The notes under the pieces: model-generated | Told to the model about the DNA's origin: nothing | The model's database searches: none | What the model saw: only the letters and a program-made list of their open reading frames with translations | Part shown: positions 39,584 to 50,831 of the stretch, piece after piece | How positions within the stretch are numbered: the stretch's first letter is position 1 | Layout of the letters: every line of letters starts with the position of its first letter | Virus record (IMG/VR): IMGVR_UViG_3300031999_000006 | Coordinates: 32,622-96,621 of that record | DNA: 64,000 nt | From: a virus | Taxonomy: Duplodnaviria > Caudoviricetes | Reading direction: 5' to 3' (one strand) | Position numbers and translations under genes: made by a program

Positions 39584-40044
39584 TTTTTCTTCTCCAGTTT
39601 GCAGGCCACGCAGTAGGTATCGTCTGCCATCATGTTCTCTCGGACCATTCGGTGACACGATTCACAAAAGCAGAGGGGGGAGTAATTACGAAGTGCTCCG
39701 TAGTGGAAGTTGTCGGTGTCCGGTTTAACTATGATTGATGATCCGCCTGTACTTCTCAGTAGAATCCGATGCTCCCGATTCTCTCTAGCCAGTTCCCTTT
39801 TGATCTTGTTGGTGACTGTCTTGAGTTTCCTGGCGAATCGGATCCCAAACTGCTTTGACCTAGGATGCTTGATCACCTCACTCAGCTTGAATCGCTGGTT
39901 GGTGAGTGTCACTGTCTTGGCCTCCTCGTCCACAGTGACTTCAATGATGAGATCCTTGCCGAAGGTTGCTACCCATCGGCCGTCCTTAGCTTGAAACCGA
40001 TACTCACTGAGAACGGCTTCAAACTCATCGGTGACGACTTTCAT
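39580..40044 (-). CDS. Early protein with C-terminal Zn ribbon
   Basis: CESC...CVAC; first gene after the promoter at 40079-40107. Confidence 0.55.
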   Translation of the reverse strand: MKVVTDEFEAVLSEYRFQAKDGRWVATFGKDLIIEVTVDEEAKTVTLTNQRFKLSEVIKHPRSKQFGIRFARKLKTVTNKIKRELARENREHRILLRSTGGSSIIVKPDTDNFHYGALRNYSPLCFCESCHRMVRENMMADDTYCVACKLEKKK

Positions 40045-40078
40045 CTTTGCCTCCTATCGTCATCTCATTCTCATCATT

Positions 40079-40107
40079 ATTATATAGCATCGTTTTCTAA
40101 GTGTCAA
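40079..40107 (-). promoter_or_regulatory. Early sigma70 promoter
   Basis: TTGACA-cttagaaaacgatgcta(17)-TATAAT. Confidence 0.85.
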
Positions 40108-40197
40108 TACCCCTCTCCCAGAAATGAGGTTTTCACATTGCTAACCTGCAGTTAATATACGAGAAACAATTTGCATAAATCGCCTTTTCGATGAATC

Positions 40198-41619
40198 TCA
40201 TATTCCCTCAAAACGCCTCGGAAAGTCGATGGAATCCAAGGCACGAATGATCTTTGGGAGTTCATTCAATATCCATTCTGTTGCTCGATCAAGCCCCTCA
40301 AAGTTAACTGGTTTTTCCTGTCGATCCTTTTTGATCATCAGTAAGACATTCTGCAAACGAGTAACAGCATAAAGCACTTGTTGTCGTCTTGATGGTGCCT
40401 TCTTTCGATTTTCAGAAAAAGTTATTTCCTTTTCTTTGAGTCTTATGGATAGATGGTCAAATGATAGCATGAGGAGATTGTCATACTCATGCTCCAGAAC
40501 CTGATGAATCCACTTTACATTCTGATAACGAGGATCATCGACAGGAAACTTTTTGGTCATCTCGTTCCGCCACTCCTTCATTTCTTGACGAAGTTTATCT
40601 ATCCAACTAAAGGCACTGGTTGTGGCGAACTCAACTGTCTCAGTTACTTCCTGAACTCCCCATTTTCTTTTACGTCCCATGATCGTCTCTCCTTTTTCTG
40701 AAGTTCCTTTATTGACTCAGCCAAAGACTCCTCAGATGAAGTGAGGCCAAGATTGAATAGATCACTAGGGACTGGATACCTTCGATAGGCATCCTTGTAT
40801 AGGATCAGTACTGCAACTGCTATCTTTTTCCTGTCCTCCTCAGTAAGGGTTTCACGAAGTCCGACTCCACACCCCGCCGCCCACTTAGCGGCATAGGTGA
40901 TCAAAGTTCGGAGTGCCCAGGTCTTGGTAAGTTTCATTCCTTTTCCTGAAGTTCTCGAAATCTCTTCTTACTGATTGGACGGAACCAGCGGAGACCTTTG
41001 GTAGTCTGTACAGCAACATACCCCCTTAGTCCGATGATAAATCTGAAAAAGATACCAATCTTTTTCCAGCGAGAGAGGCGGAGTAACCGCATGGGGATTT
41101 CTTCAACCCAATCCTTTTTCTTTCCGTCAGTGATCTCATAAAGCATACTGCCTCCTACCACGATTAGCTCTTGGACAGTTTGTACTTGGTCATCAGTTCT
41201 TGAAGTGCCTTCTGTACCGCCTTCGCTGAGGCTTCCTTAACTGCCTTCTCTAGATCCTTGATAGTGAAAGTTGGTACTTCCTTCTTTACAAATCCTTTGG
41301 GATTGTCCCTATGGAACTCGGCTTCTTTTAAGAAACGAGACAATGATTCCTCAGGAACTCTTCCTGGTCCGAAGGTAGTAAGTACGGTGACACAAACAGA
41401 ACCTGTGGGTTTGTATCTTCGATAGATCGTCGAGTAAATGTCACCATCTCTCTTCGAGGAGCCCAGGACTTTTTCTGCGAACTCAAGAACTCGCGCCTTA
41501 CGTCCTGGTCCATAGTCCTCGAATCCGCAAGCCTCACACACTGCGGCAGTTAGAAGATTGCACACCGTATTAATCATAGGAGACCACCGGTGTATCTTCT
41601 TTCTCTTAGTTGTGTTCAT
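40198..41619 (-). CDS. Four hypothetical genes (40198-40680, 40644-40937, 40934-41161, 41164-41619)
   Basis: Closely packed ORFs, no recognisable motifs. Confidence 0.55.
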
Positions 41620-41630
41620 AGAACACCTCC

Positions 41631-42602
41631 TTATAAAGATTGTTTAACCTGCGCCGCTACCCAGCGGTAGGTTGGAACCAAGCCATCGTGGAGTGAGTAC
41701 AGAGGATGCCAGTTAAGCATCTCCTCGATTAGTTCGTTATCTGAATTTCGACCCATCACTCCCAGTGGGCCAGGAATACTCTTGAGATTGATACCGGACT
41801 TGTCGGCTATCTCCATGATCATCCCGGCAAGTTGGCCTATCGTGACCATCTCCTCCGAGCCGATGTTGACGGGACCGATAAAGTCGGAGTTCATGAGTAA
41901 GCGTGTGGCATCAATGCAGTCATCAATGTACAGGAAGGATCGAGTCTGCTTGCCCGAGCCCCACATCTCGATAGTCCCGAGGTTTGGGGTCATGGCGACC
42001 TTCCTGCAGAACGCCGCTGGGGCCTTCTCCCGCCCGCCCCGCCATGTTCCCTCGGGTCCGAATATATTATGGTAGCGAGCGATCCGAACCTCCATCTTAT
42101 GGTTTCTGTGGTAGGCCAGATAGAGGCGCTCGGAGAAAAGTTTCTCGAATCCATAATCACTGTCAGGTGCCGCAGGATAGGCCGACTCTTCGTTGCACTT
42201 CGGATTGTCCGGATCTATCTGGTTATACTCGGGATAGATGCAGGCGGACGAGGAAAAGAAAATCTTCCCGATACCGGCCCGCCTCGCGATCTCGAGCATG
42301 TTCAAATTGATTAGGGCGTTGTTGTGCAGGATATCTGCGTCGTTCGCCCCGGTGAAGACGAAACCGGCCCCACCCATGTCAGCGGCCAACTGGTACACCT
42401 CATCGAACTCAGTATATTTCGTGACCCTCTCGCAGATCGCTGGACTGCGAAGATCGCCGACCACGAAGTGATCGGCCTTCGTCGGAGAGAACTCCGGATG
42501 CTTCAGATCAACTCCTCGCACCGAGTATCCCTCTTCCTTTAGACGCTTGACTAGATGACTACCGATGAAACCACCGGCTCCACAAACTAAAGCTTTTTTC
42601 AT
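41631..42602 (-). CDS. NAD-dependent epimerase, GDP-mannose 3,5-epimerase-like
   Basis: GAGGFIGSH, LAADMGGAGF, SSACIYP, YGFEK, REKAPAAFCRK, QTRSF, GVMGRNSDN. Confidence 0.88.
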   Translation of the reverse strand: MKKALVCGAGGFIGSHLVKRLKEEGYSVRGVDLKHPEFSPTKADHFVVGDLRSPAICERVTKYTEFDEVYQLAADMGGAGFVFTGANDADILHNNALINLNMLEIARRAGIGKIFFSSSACIYPEYNQIDPDNPKCNEESAYPAAPDSDYGFEKLFSERLYLAYHRNHKMEVRIARYHNIFGPEGTWRGGREKAPAAFCRKVAMTPNLGTIEMWGSGKQTRSFLYIDDCIDATRLLMNSDFIGPVNIGSEEMVTIGQLAGMIMEIADKSGINLKSIPGPLGVMGRNSDNELIEEMLNWHPLYSLHDGLVPTYRWVAAQVKQSL

Positions 42603-43159
42603 ATTCTTTTCTCCCTAACTCGAATATAAATTGCGGTGAGTTTGAATCCATCCCGCTTCATTACGTCTATATAATTGCATCGACCAAAGTAGCCAGTCTC
42701 TTCGGCGGCATACCACCACGAATGAGTGGAGTCTGGAGCAATAACAAGGATCCTATTATAAGGATTACGAACCGCCCACATCCTCTTCCGACGGTACTTG
42801 GTAGCCATTTATTCCTTATCCTTTTTCGTGATGGTCAGGGCATACATGCCCTTTTGGGCGATACGAACAAGTTCGATTTTCTTTTCGAGTCTTTCCCTGG
42901 CTACGCGCACGGTCTCTCGGACGGCCTTCCTTGGGTCTCTGAAAGATTTATCGCAATACCATCCTGGGTTCCCAACTCCAGGAATTTCGCTAAGCATGCA
43001 GTAAAATTTTCCCTCACTCTCATGGACGGAGAGTTCTCCTTTTCCGTACCTGGCCTCAAACCACCAGCCGAGATTTTCCCAGACTCGATAACCCCAACCG
43101 GGGCCAAGAATCTTGACGAGTTTTTTGCCTGCCACTAGGGCCTCGTTTTGTGTTTTCAT
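42599..43159 (-). CDS. Two hypothetical genes (42599-42808, 42809-43159)
   Basis: Coupled ORFs. Confidence 0.5.
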
Positions 43160-43461
43160 GTTTTCTCCTTTACCTGATGAAGATTGTGGACTGTCGCGAT
43201 CATGTAGGCCACCCCAAGTAGAAGGTTAACCCACGCATAGGGTTTTGTATAGAGTGCTACTCCTAGAACACCTAGAAGAATGAACTTCAGGATGATAGCG
43301 GGAAGTACTCCTAGAACGTCCATGAGTCCACGAACGATAGGATTCTTTTCCCCCTGGATTCCAAAACGTTTCGCACAAATGTAGGTACTGACTGAGTCGC
43401 CTAAACTACCGAGTAGAAAGATGAGTAAGCAGATTAACTTAATAAGTCCAGTCATGATCAA
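43156..43461 (-). CDS. Small membrane protein (DUF5658-like)
   Basis: D..STY......GEKNPIVR with three hydrophobic segments. Confidence 0.55.
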   Translation of the reverse strand: MIMTGLIKLICLLIFLLGSLGDSVSTYICAKRFGIQGEKNPIVRGLMDVLGVLPAIILKFILLGVLGVALYTKPYAWVNLLLGVAYMIATVHNLHQVKEKT

Positions 43462-43909
43462 TCGCCTCCTTCAACATATCCGCATTCTCGTGAATGTTGC
43501 CTATGACTTCATAGGTGTAGATCGTTTCCTGATCAAGGTTTAGATCAAGATCGGTTAGCCCCTCACGAGTCTCCTTTTCCTTGGTAACGTATCGCATGAA
43601 GAAAGCTCGGAGAAGAAACTCACCATGCTTCTTCACCACCACCCCCCGGTGCATCTCATGGTCACACCAGAGGCCGTGGGGTCGGACCTTTTCAATGATG
43701 TCCCCTTCATAGACCTCAGTCCCGTTCTTGTCTAGGAAGATCAACTGCTCACTACGCTCCTGTGCCTCCTCCATCTTCAAAGGCTCACCACCATGCGAGG
43801 CAACACTTGCGAAGGACAGGAAGGGTGAGTCTAAAGGACAGTAGACAAATCCCCAGTAACTGAACCGTCCTGCGGCGAAGAGACGATACTTGATTCTTTT
43901 CTTATCCAT
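43439..43909 (-). CDS. YopX-family protein
   Basis: DKNGTEVYEGDII...EVIGNIHEN. Confidence 0.8.
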   Translation of the reverse strand: MDKKRIKYRLFAAGRFSYWGFVYCPLDSPFLSFASVASHGGEPLKMEEAQERSEQLIFLDKNGTEVYEGDIIEKVRPHGLWCDHEMHRGVVVKKHGEFLLRAFFMRYVTKEKETREGLTDLDLNLDQETIYTYEVIGNIHENADMLKEAIDHDWTY

Positions 43910-44615
43910 TCTTGATCTCCTTCTCTCCTTCAATCTCATGACCGAGTTCGCGGAGTCTTCTTTTCAGAACACCATAACCATCAGCGAATGCCAGAATTTC
44001 CCGAATGGTTTTTTTAACCCACTCCCTCGTCACGACCTTGGGCCGGAGCGCGGCCTTGATGACGGCATATGCAGACAGCAATCTTTCCCGTCCCGCGTCG
44101 ATTGGCCCGCCATCATCTGTACCGAATATAACCGGGTCAAAGTCAGCGCCGAAGAAATGCCCATCTAACGTCTTCGTCGCCTCCTCGACCTCTTTGGGAA
44201 GTGGGGCTGGTGGGGTAGATAAAGCGGCCTTGATTACGGCAATACCAGCGTCCAAATCGGCCAGTCTTGTATTCAATTCATTGGGGTGTTCGCGCCACCA
44301 TTTTGTATCTGAATAGATATTTCGACGACTCTGTAACTCCATGATGGATACGGATAGATTCACTGGCTCCATCACCGCCTCGATGAGCGGTGCTTGCTTG
44401 GCGAGTTCGGCCTTGAGTTTATCCACTATCATTGACAACATTAAGTGACTTCCCCGAAGCCTTTGGTAGTCGTCGAGGATGGCGAGGGCGTCGGCCCTAA
44501 ATGAGTCATCAACCTTCCAACTAACTGACGCATCACATGACCCGGCTCGCCCAAGCCACTCCTTCAACTTCTCGATCCTCTCACTTGTCACTTTGCTAGG
44601 AATCTGTTTACTCAT
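43902..44615 (-). CDS. Mosaic hypothetical protein
   Basis: Internal repeat AVIKAAL (twice). Confidence 0.5.
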   Translation of the reverse strand: MSKQIPSKVTSERIEKLKEWLGRAGSCDASVSWKVDDSFRADALAILDDYQRLRGSHLMLSMIVDKLKAELAKQAPLIEAVMEPVNLSVSIMELQSRRNIYSDTKWWREHPNELNTRLADLDAGIAVIKAALSTPPAPLPKEVEEATKTLDGHFFGADFDPVIFGTDDGGPIDAGRERLLSAYAVIKAALRPKVVTREWVKKTIREILAFADGYGVLKRRLRELGHEIEGEKEIKNG

Positions 44616-44625
44616 CCTGTCCTCC

Positions 44626-45273
44626 TTAGTACCAGCTCCGGCTTCGATCCTGGCGCCGCTGGTAGGCGAAGTCATCTTCACGCCAGGCACCGATCCAGGA
44701 CGCTGGATTGTCTTTGCGAAGTAAGGGCCGGTAACTCCGCTTCAGCCGCCCGACCTCATAGGCATTGTCACTGCAGACATTCGCCCAGATGTCGAAGTAG
44801 ATGAAGTCGAAGCGCCGTGCCCGATCAATGGCTTTCTTGTCGAAGATGTCCCCCTTGATTATCGTCACCTTAGAGGTGAGTGGGAGATGAGTAGCTACTA
44901 GATCAATAACGTCCTGTTCTTTCTCTAGCACCAGTATGCTATTGACCTCTGACTTATCCTGTAGTTGAAGAATGAAGATACCCAGACCAAGGCCACCAAT
45001 CAGGCAGTCCCCGGTCGCATACCTCACTGGAGAGGCTTGAGTACGTAGTTCCATGGGCGTATCTGACATGACACACTCGTAGCCCTTCCAAACCAGGCGG
45101 CAGTAGTTTCCTGGCTCGAGATCACAAACCTCTCCCCAACCACCGGGTCGCATGGCTCCCATTATCTTCGCATGCTCAACCTCCTCCTTGGTCATGGTGA
45201 AGTGATTGATCACCCAGTCACCCTTCGTCCCCGTAGGAATAATCTTGCTCATAGCACCGGTGAACCTATCCAT
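44626..45273 (-). CDS. Class I methyltransferase-like (spermidine-synthase-like fold)
   Basis: VMSDTPME, LIGGLGLG, VLEKEQDVI, GDIF, FDFIYFDIW. Confidence 0.7.
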   Translation of the reverse strand: MDRFTGAMSKIIPTGTKGDWVINHFTMTKEEVEHAKIMGAMRPGGWGEVCDLEPGNYCRLVWKGYECVMSDTPMELRTQASPVRYATGDCLIGGLGLGIFILQLQDKSEVNSILVLEKEQDVIDLVATHLPLTSKVTIIKGDIFDKKAIDRARRFDFIYFDIWANVCSDNAYEVGRLKRSYRPLLRKDNPASWIGAWREDDFAYQRRQDRSRSWY

Positions 45274-45463
45274 GGTGACTCCTCTCGAGTGTGATCTTGT
45301 AAAACTTCTCCTTGATCGAATCCTTCATCTCGTCGAGGAGATGACCCAGTCGGATATCTTCCTTGTCAATGGGATCTTCCGTTCCCATCTTGATCAATTC
45401 ATATCTAGCCTGCTGGGCGATGGTAAGGACCGAAGCAAAAATCTTGATGCCTTCGTCACTCAC
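45266..45463 (-). CDS. Hypothetical protein
   Basis: Coupled ORF. Confidence 0.45.
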   Translation of the reverse strand: MSDEGIKIFASVLTIAQQARYELIKMGTEDPIDKEDIRLGHLLDEMKDSIKEKFYKITLERSHHG

Positions 45464-46304
45464 TTTCTTCCTCCTCTTTCTTTTTAGTGAACCGTCTAAG
45501 GATCTTGTCGGCGGTCTTGAAAACAGCGAACGCAGAGTTCGCCAACTTTTCCTTGTTACCGTTCCAACTCATGATGTAATGGACTGCATCCTCTGACTCA
45601 ATGCCGAAGCAGGAGCCCACCACATACGCAGTCGCCTCCGCCTCGAGTTCGGCTATGTCATGTGGGATCTTGGATGCCTTAGCCTTATCCGTGTGCTCAA
45701 GGAGGATATGTGCCAACTCATGCAGGTAGGTGAAGATCATCTGAACCGGATTCGCTCGCCTAGCGACCTCGATCGTGTTCTCGTATGCACGACCATCTTC
45801 TCGCCTCTCGACGATCGTCATAGGGAACTCAGGAAACTTGGAGGCGATCTCTTGAAGTGTAAGTGACTCACCAACAAACTTGGCTTTGTTCGCCCCGATG
45901 TCCAGAGGTTCACCATCCGTTTGGGAAACATCAAAGGTTGCCACCGGGAAGTATCCGACGATACGAGTATCCTCTTCCATCGTGGTCTGACCAGTGATGG
46001 GATTGCGAGTCTTGAACTCTCCCGTTTTAATATAGGGGCCTAAGATCCAAATCGCATGCTCACCTTTTCGGACGTAACGTTTATGAGTGCGCCATGTCTT
46101 AAAACCAGCACACAAAGTTGCGCTAGGTTTCTGCATCCAAATAAGAATGATATTATTCCACGAGTACCGATGGAATCCCGCCTGCCACCGCTGGGATAGT
46201 TCCTTAATCTTTTTAGGATTGAGGATCAATTGTGAGGAGAGTTCTGTTAACTTCTCCTGAAGTTTTTCTTTCCTCTCCTTGCTATCCATCTCTGAAAAAT
46301 TCAT
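45456..46304 (-). CDS. ArdC-like ssDNA-binding/antirestriction protein
   Basis: FHRYSWNNIILI..QKP.AT..AGFKTW...VRKGE, FDVSQTDG, HELAH, ELEAEATA. Confidence 0.8.
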   Translation of the reverse strand: MNFSEMDSKERKEKLQEKLTELSSQLILNPKKIKELSQRWQAGFHRYSWNNIILIWMQKPSATLCAGFKTWRTHKRYVRKGEHAIWILGPYIKTGEFKTRNPITGQTTMEEDTRIVGYFPVATFDVSQTDGEPLDIGANKAKFVGESLTLQEIASKFPEFPMTIVERREDGRAYENTIEVARRANPVQMIFTYLHELAHILLEHTDKAKASKIPHDIAELEAEATAYVVGSCFGIESEDAVHYIMSWNGNKEKLANSAFAVFKTADKILRRFTKKKEEEESE

Positions 46305-46744
46305 GACTGATTCCTATTGATGATCAAGCATCTTTTACCAAGGCGACGAGCCATACGAATGGTCGACCAGGTGCCTGATCTCAACTGCTCCTTATCAGTA
46401 AGAGGAGTTGCGATCAATAGATCACAAGCCTTAACTATATCTTCATTACGAATCAGGTAGGGCTTGCGTCCCGCCGACACAAAGGGGCCTGATAAGTTGG
46501 CCTCATGCTTTCGGTTCTCAGGCCAGTGCACCACGATCCTATAACCAAGGGTCCTGGCCATCTGGTGTGCCTCAGCATCGGCACCTACACACCCACCATG
46601 GTGAAACTCTGGAGTAGCACCCACCGCAGTGAACCCAGTGGTGATCTCAAAGTCCGCTCGTGCATATGCCCTGAGTTCACTAAAAAGTAGGATTCGTTGC
46701 CAGGCACTCAAGCCTTGGCGAGTTCCAGTGAAACCAATGATCAT
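46301..46744 (-). CDS. SLOG (YspA/DprA-like) Rossmann protein
   Basis: IGFTGTR, HGGCVGAD, RNEDIV, SGTWSTIRMA. Confidence 0.7.
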   Translation of the reverse strand: MIIGFTGTRQGLSAWQRILLFSELRAYARADFEITTGFTAVGATPEFHHGGCVGADAEAHQMARTLGYRIVVHWPENRKHEANLSGPFVSAGRKPYLIRNEDIVKACDLLIATPLTDKEQLRSGTWSTIRMARRLGKRCLIINRNQS

Positions 46745-48364
46745 GACGCCTTCCTTAAAGTGACCTTCGCTTCGGCAAAGGCCTGCTTAATGATCTCAAC
46801 ATCCTCCCTCTTCTTCAGACCGAAAGCCAGACCAAGATGAAGAGACGACCCAGAGGCTCCGGGAGTTAAGAACAGGAACTTGTAATACTCGAGTTGGGTA
46901 ACCTCGGAAGGCAAAGTTATTGTAAACCTTGCCCCGTGCACTTCGTCAAAGTCGTCTCCGACCTTTGCCGTCGGATACTGCTTGACGAATGCCTCCTTGA
47001 GCTCGGCATTATAGATGAGGTCGTTGATGGGTTCCATGATTGTTATCCTTTCGCTTTGCTGATCAGATCGGCAAAGTCCCTTTGCTGATCAACGAGTTCC
47101 TTGCACTGGGAAAAGTCCAGGCATCCTTGGCACTGCGGATCACGGAACTGCGGGCCCTCACCACACGGGAACTCCATCTTGAAGACCTTAGCACCGAGCA
47201 TCTCGACTGCCTTGATGAGTTCATTCATGGTTAGTCCCTCGGATCGGTGACGTCGCCGCTCAGATACCGCTCGTATTCCACGGCCTCGTCCCGGTTGCGG
47301 TCCCGCACCAACCGAAGGCACACGAAGATACCATACTTGAACTCTGCCCGGTTGCGCGAGTACACGCGAACTACCTCGACCATCGGATCGAGTTTGATGA
47401 TTGATCGTGCCTCCTGCGGATTAAATCCCTCAGGTTGTTTTAACTCCCACGTCTTGTCGTTCCAGGTATTCGACTCGACGAGGACGTCAGGCGGGCTTGC
47501 CAAAAAGGTCGCTAGGTTCTCCTTCTGTTCCTTTAGCCAGGATTCCATCCTTACGATGGCCGGTGGGATGGCATCACACGACACCTCATAGGGAAGGTGC
47601 CGGGCGCCTATGCAGGAACTGGTTTGCCAGCCCCCGCCTGGGCGCCGATAGCCATGGTGCGCGATGAGGCCCAACTTTGAGAGGATGGGCCGAGCGCAGA
47701 TTTGGCAGGTAGTCATTTGATCAACCAACGGCGTTGCGGCGACGAAGGTCCTGCATCCTGCTACGACGGCATTCGGCCTCTTCGGCCATGAACTCGTCCG
47801 CCTGCCGCTCGCTCATGTCATAGGGCTCCTCAGGTTCGGACGCTATCGGCTCAGGTACCTGGCTCATGCCTTCGACCATCTCGATCTTCGCCCAGGCGCT
47901 GATCGCCTCGAGGATCTGCCCGTTCGGTGTCAGGACTTTAGGATTGATCATGACCGCCTCCCACTGTCGTGAAGTTCGCCAACTTCCACGTCCATGATTG
48001 CCAGATCGCCGCAGGTGCTGAATAGTCCGCTGACTTCCTCAGTAACCTCTTTGATGAAGGCGGCTTCATCGTCCACGCCTCGGACGGCGATGGTGAGGCT
48101 CACGTGGCAGTCCAGGAACTTACTGGTCTTCTTGGGCTTGCTGATGGGGGCCGGGTTCCCAACCTCCAGCCTGAAACGATTGCCCGACTCGTCCTGAACT
48201 TCGACTTCTGTGATCTTGACTTCGCCCGGCATGGGTTCCGACTTGAGGGCGTAATCAATGACCTTGAAGCCAAAGGCCGCCAGGTTCTCTTGAGCCTTCA
48301 CGACCGCCTCGGCCATCTGAGCGATCGCTCTCTGCCCTTCACTCTGATTCTTCTGCTTGATCAT
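46741..48364 (-). CDS. Five small early genes (46741-47037, 47043-47228, 47231-47728, 47721-47951, 47948-48364)
   Basis: Coupled ORFs downstream of the promoter at 48402-48430. Confidence 0.55.
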
Positions 48365-48401
48365 CTTTGCCTCCTTATGATCAATTTTCATTCTCATCTT
48401 T

Positions 48402-48430
48402 ATTATATAGTATAGGTTTCTGAGTGTCAA
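48402..48430 (-). promoter_or_regulatory. Early sigma70 promoter
   Basis: TTGACA-ctcagaaacctatacta(17)-TATAAT. Confidence 0.85.
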
Positions 48431-48586
48431 GCGTTATTTTCGTTTTCTGGGAATTATTTTTCCTAACGAATTATATGGGTAGATGCCACATCCTCTGATA
48501 CGGTAGCAAGAGTCTCTACGCCCATTTGCGAGGCGATTGTATGGGGGCCCAGTAAATGGGATGGGGACCTAGTATGGGAGGCTCTA

Positions 48587-50781
48587 CTAACGAACATCAA
48601 AGTATTCCATCATCGTTTGTAACAAATGATCATAGTCGCCGGACTTGGCCTTGTTCATCATCTGGTCGATCTTCTCCTGGGGCCAACCGGCCTGCCTAGC
48701 AACTCGTTGAGCCTTGCCTAGGATGGCAAAGGCGTTGCCGTCCTCACCGATGATCTTCAGAATTGGTCCAGTAATCATGGTTCCTCCTCGGGGTTGATCT
48801 CAAGGTCAGACTCGTCTAGACACTCCTCATAGAGCAGGCACGCGGGACCGCAGTTGTCCATTTCCTCATCAGTTGCATCAGGGTTCTGACATTCGGAAGT
48901 ATCCATCGGGCAGTTGCCTGATCCGAACGGAGTGGGGACCCAATCGGTGCAGGTCTTCTCAAACTTGCAGGGACTCATCTTTTCCCTTTGGTCTCGGCCG
49001 GCCCCTTCCGTTCAGGATAGGCCCTCTTATACTCTGCCTTTGAGACGTAGATGGCCTCACCCCGGGCAACTCGGTTTCGTGCCTCTTGATCAGGGACACG
49101 AAGCACCCTGATTGCTCGAAAGCCTGCTACTTCTTGAGTCATGATGGTTTTCACTTTGTCTCCTTTATCTTTATACATTCGCCTAAGTCGAAGCAGTATT
49201 CTGGAGTCGTAGGAACGACTGTTCCGTAATCAAGATCGACTCGTTTCACTTCTAGAAGTTTAGGCAATCCATTACGCTCGGCGATGTATAGGTCGCCTGG
49301 CTTCAGATCGCCTTCGTCTTTCTTGAAGAACATACCACCTAACTCAACCACCTCACCACGACGAAGTTTGGTAAGTGTTGGATATTCTCGTATCATGGTT
49401 CCGGTTCCTCTACTGGTTCAGGAAAAGGTTCCTCCTGCTCCTGTGACTCATAGTAGGCATCCTCCTGCGCCTTATCAAGCATGGCCTGATGGTGACGCCC
49501 CTCTTCACGCCGTTCCTCTTCTCGTTCCTCACGTCGGTGCTCTTCTTCGCGCCGTTCGTCCTCTCGACCCTCGAAGTAGGCACGGTCCTGCTCCTGGTCC
49601 CTGTACCTATCGTAGTCATAGTTGGAATGATGGAACCGCTCATCCCGATGGCCCTCCTCATGGGCTCGTTCGGAGTCATAGTCCCAGTAGTAGTGATAGG
49701 ACATTACACCGCTCCGAATGGTTTGGTCGCCTCGAATACTTTTTTGTCGAGGCTCTTATAAAATTCAGGAAACTCTTTTGCCATTTTCTCACAAAACTTG
49801 AGGTCTTCTGGCCTTAGATATTCCCCCCGCTTGCCTTGACAACGGATGTCGAAAAGACGGTCAGCATCCAACGGATTGGGCTTGATCACTTTTTGGATTC
49901 CTTATCCTTGAACGACTTGTATCCCTGAGCCTGGGCAACCAAGTTCTGGTTCGGTCTGGCGATGACCCGGGCGGAGAGTTCAATGTCATTGAACGCATAG
50001 CCGAGGTCCTTCGACAGCATTTCGAGAGCCCGTTCGTTGGTTAGATCAAACCCATCCTCTACCCAGGTCTCTGAAACTCCTAGTTCAACCACCCAAGTAA
50101 ACTTTCTCTTTCCGTCCCTACCCTTGGTAATCTTTGTCTCGTCCATAATCGTCTCCTTATGAAACTCGTATAAGATGGGTCGTACCGGAGAAGGCCACCC
50201 TCTCTCCTACGTTCATCTTATCATAGACACCAGTATGATCCCAGAGTCGACTGGAGCCCATTAGCATATTGATCGGACACTTGGGATCACAAGGAAGGAA
50301 AAACTTGTCTATGATGTCATAGGTGAAGTTGTGGATCTGATGGAATCGTTTCATCTATTCTCCAGTTCCTTTCGGTTGAGGGAGAAAACTATTGACATGC
50401 CGTACCGATGCATAGGGGAGTTCTTTGAATAGACACGGACCTCTTCTACGCCTGCCTGATGATTGTATTGGTACCACGCCTCGGCCTTGGCGCTCGAGAG
50501 TGTGGAAAAGCAGAAATGAAACTTCCCTCTACTTTCTCCAGTATACCGAATTGTGACTTTGTAACCGACCAGATATTGAGTTACCATTATGCCTCCTTCT
50601 TCTTCAGTTCCGAGACGAGGACGGTATCCACCATCACCCCATTGGAACGTGGTCGTGAAAGGGCAACAACACAAAGGGAGCCCGGTAAGGGAAGATCGTG
50701 ATCATTAATAATCCGATAGACGGTGCCCGCCTCTCCGCCAGGTAGGAGAACTTTATCTCCTATCTTGAGTTCGTTACTCAT
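48587..50781 (-). CDS. Run of ten small early genes (61-103 aa)
   Basis: 48587-48778 (GEDGNAFAILG motif), 48775-48978, 48975-49178, 49151-49396, 49393-49704, 49704-49889, 49886-50146, 50157-50354, 50351-50587, 50587-50781; overlapping starts and stops. Confidence 0.6.
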
Positions 50782-50801
50782 TGGTATCTCCTCATGCTCA
50801 T

Positions 50802-50831
50802 ATTATATAGGATTACTTTTCTCAGTGTCAA
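50802..50831 (-). promoter_or_regulatory. Early sigma70 promoter
   Basis: TTGACA-ctgagaaaagtaatccta(18)-TATAAT. Confidence 0.75.

Noticed and set aside
48431-48586. tRNA or other known RNA in the intergenic gaps (also 40108-40197 and 53482-53574)
   Set aside because: No cloverleaf, T-loop motif or long stem could be found by eye.
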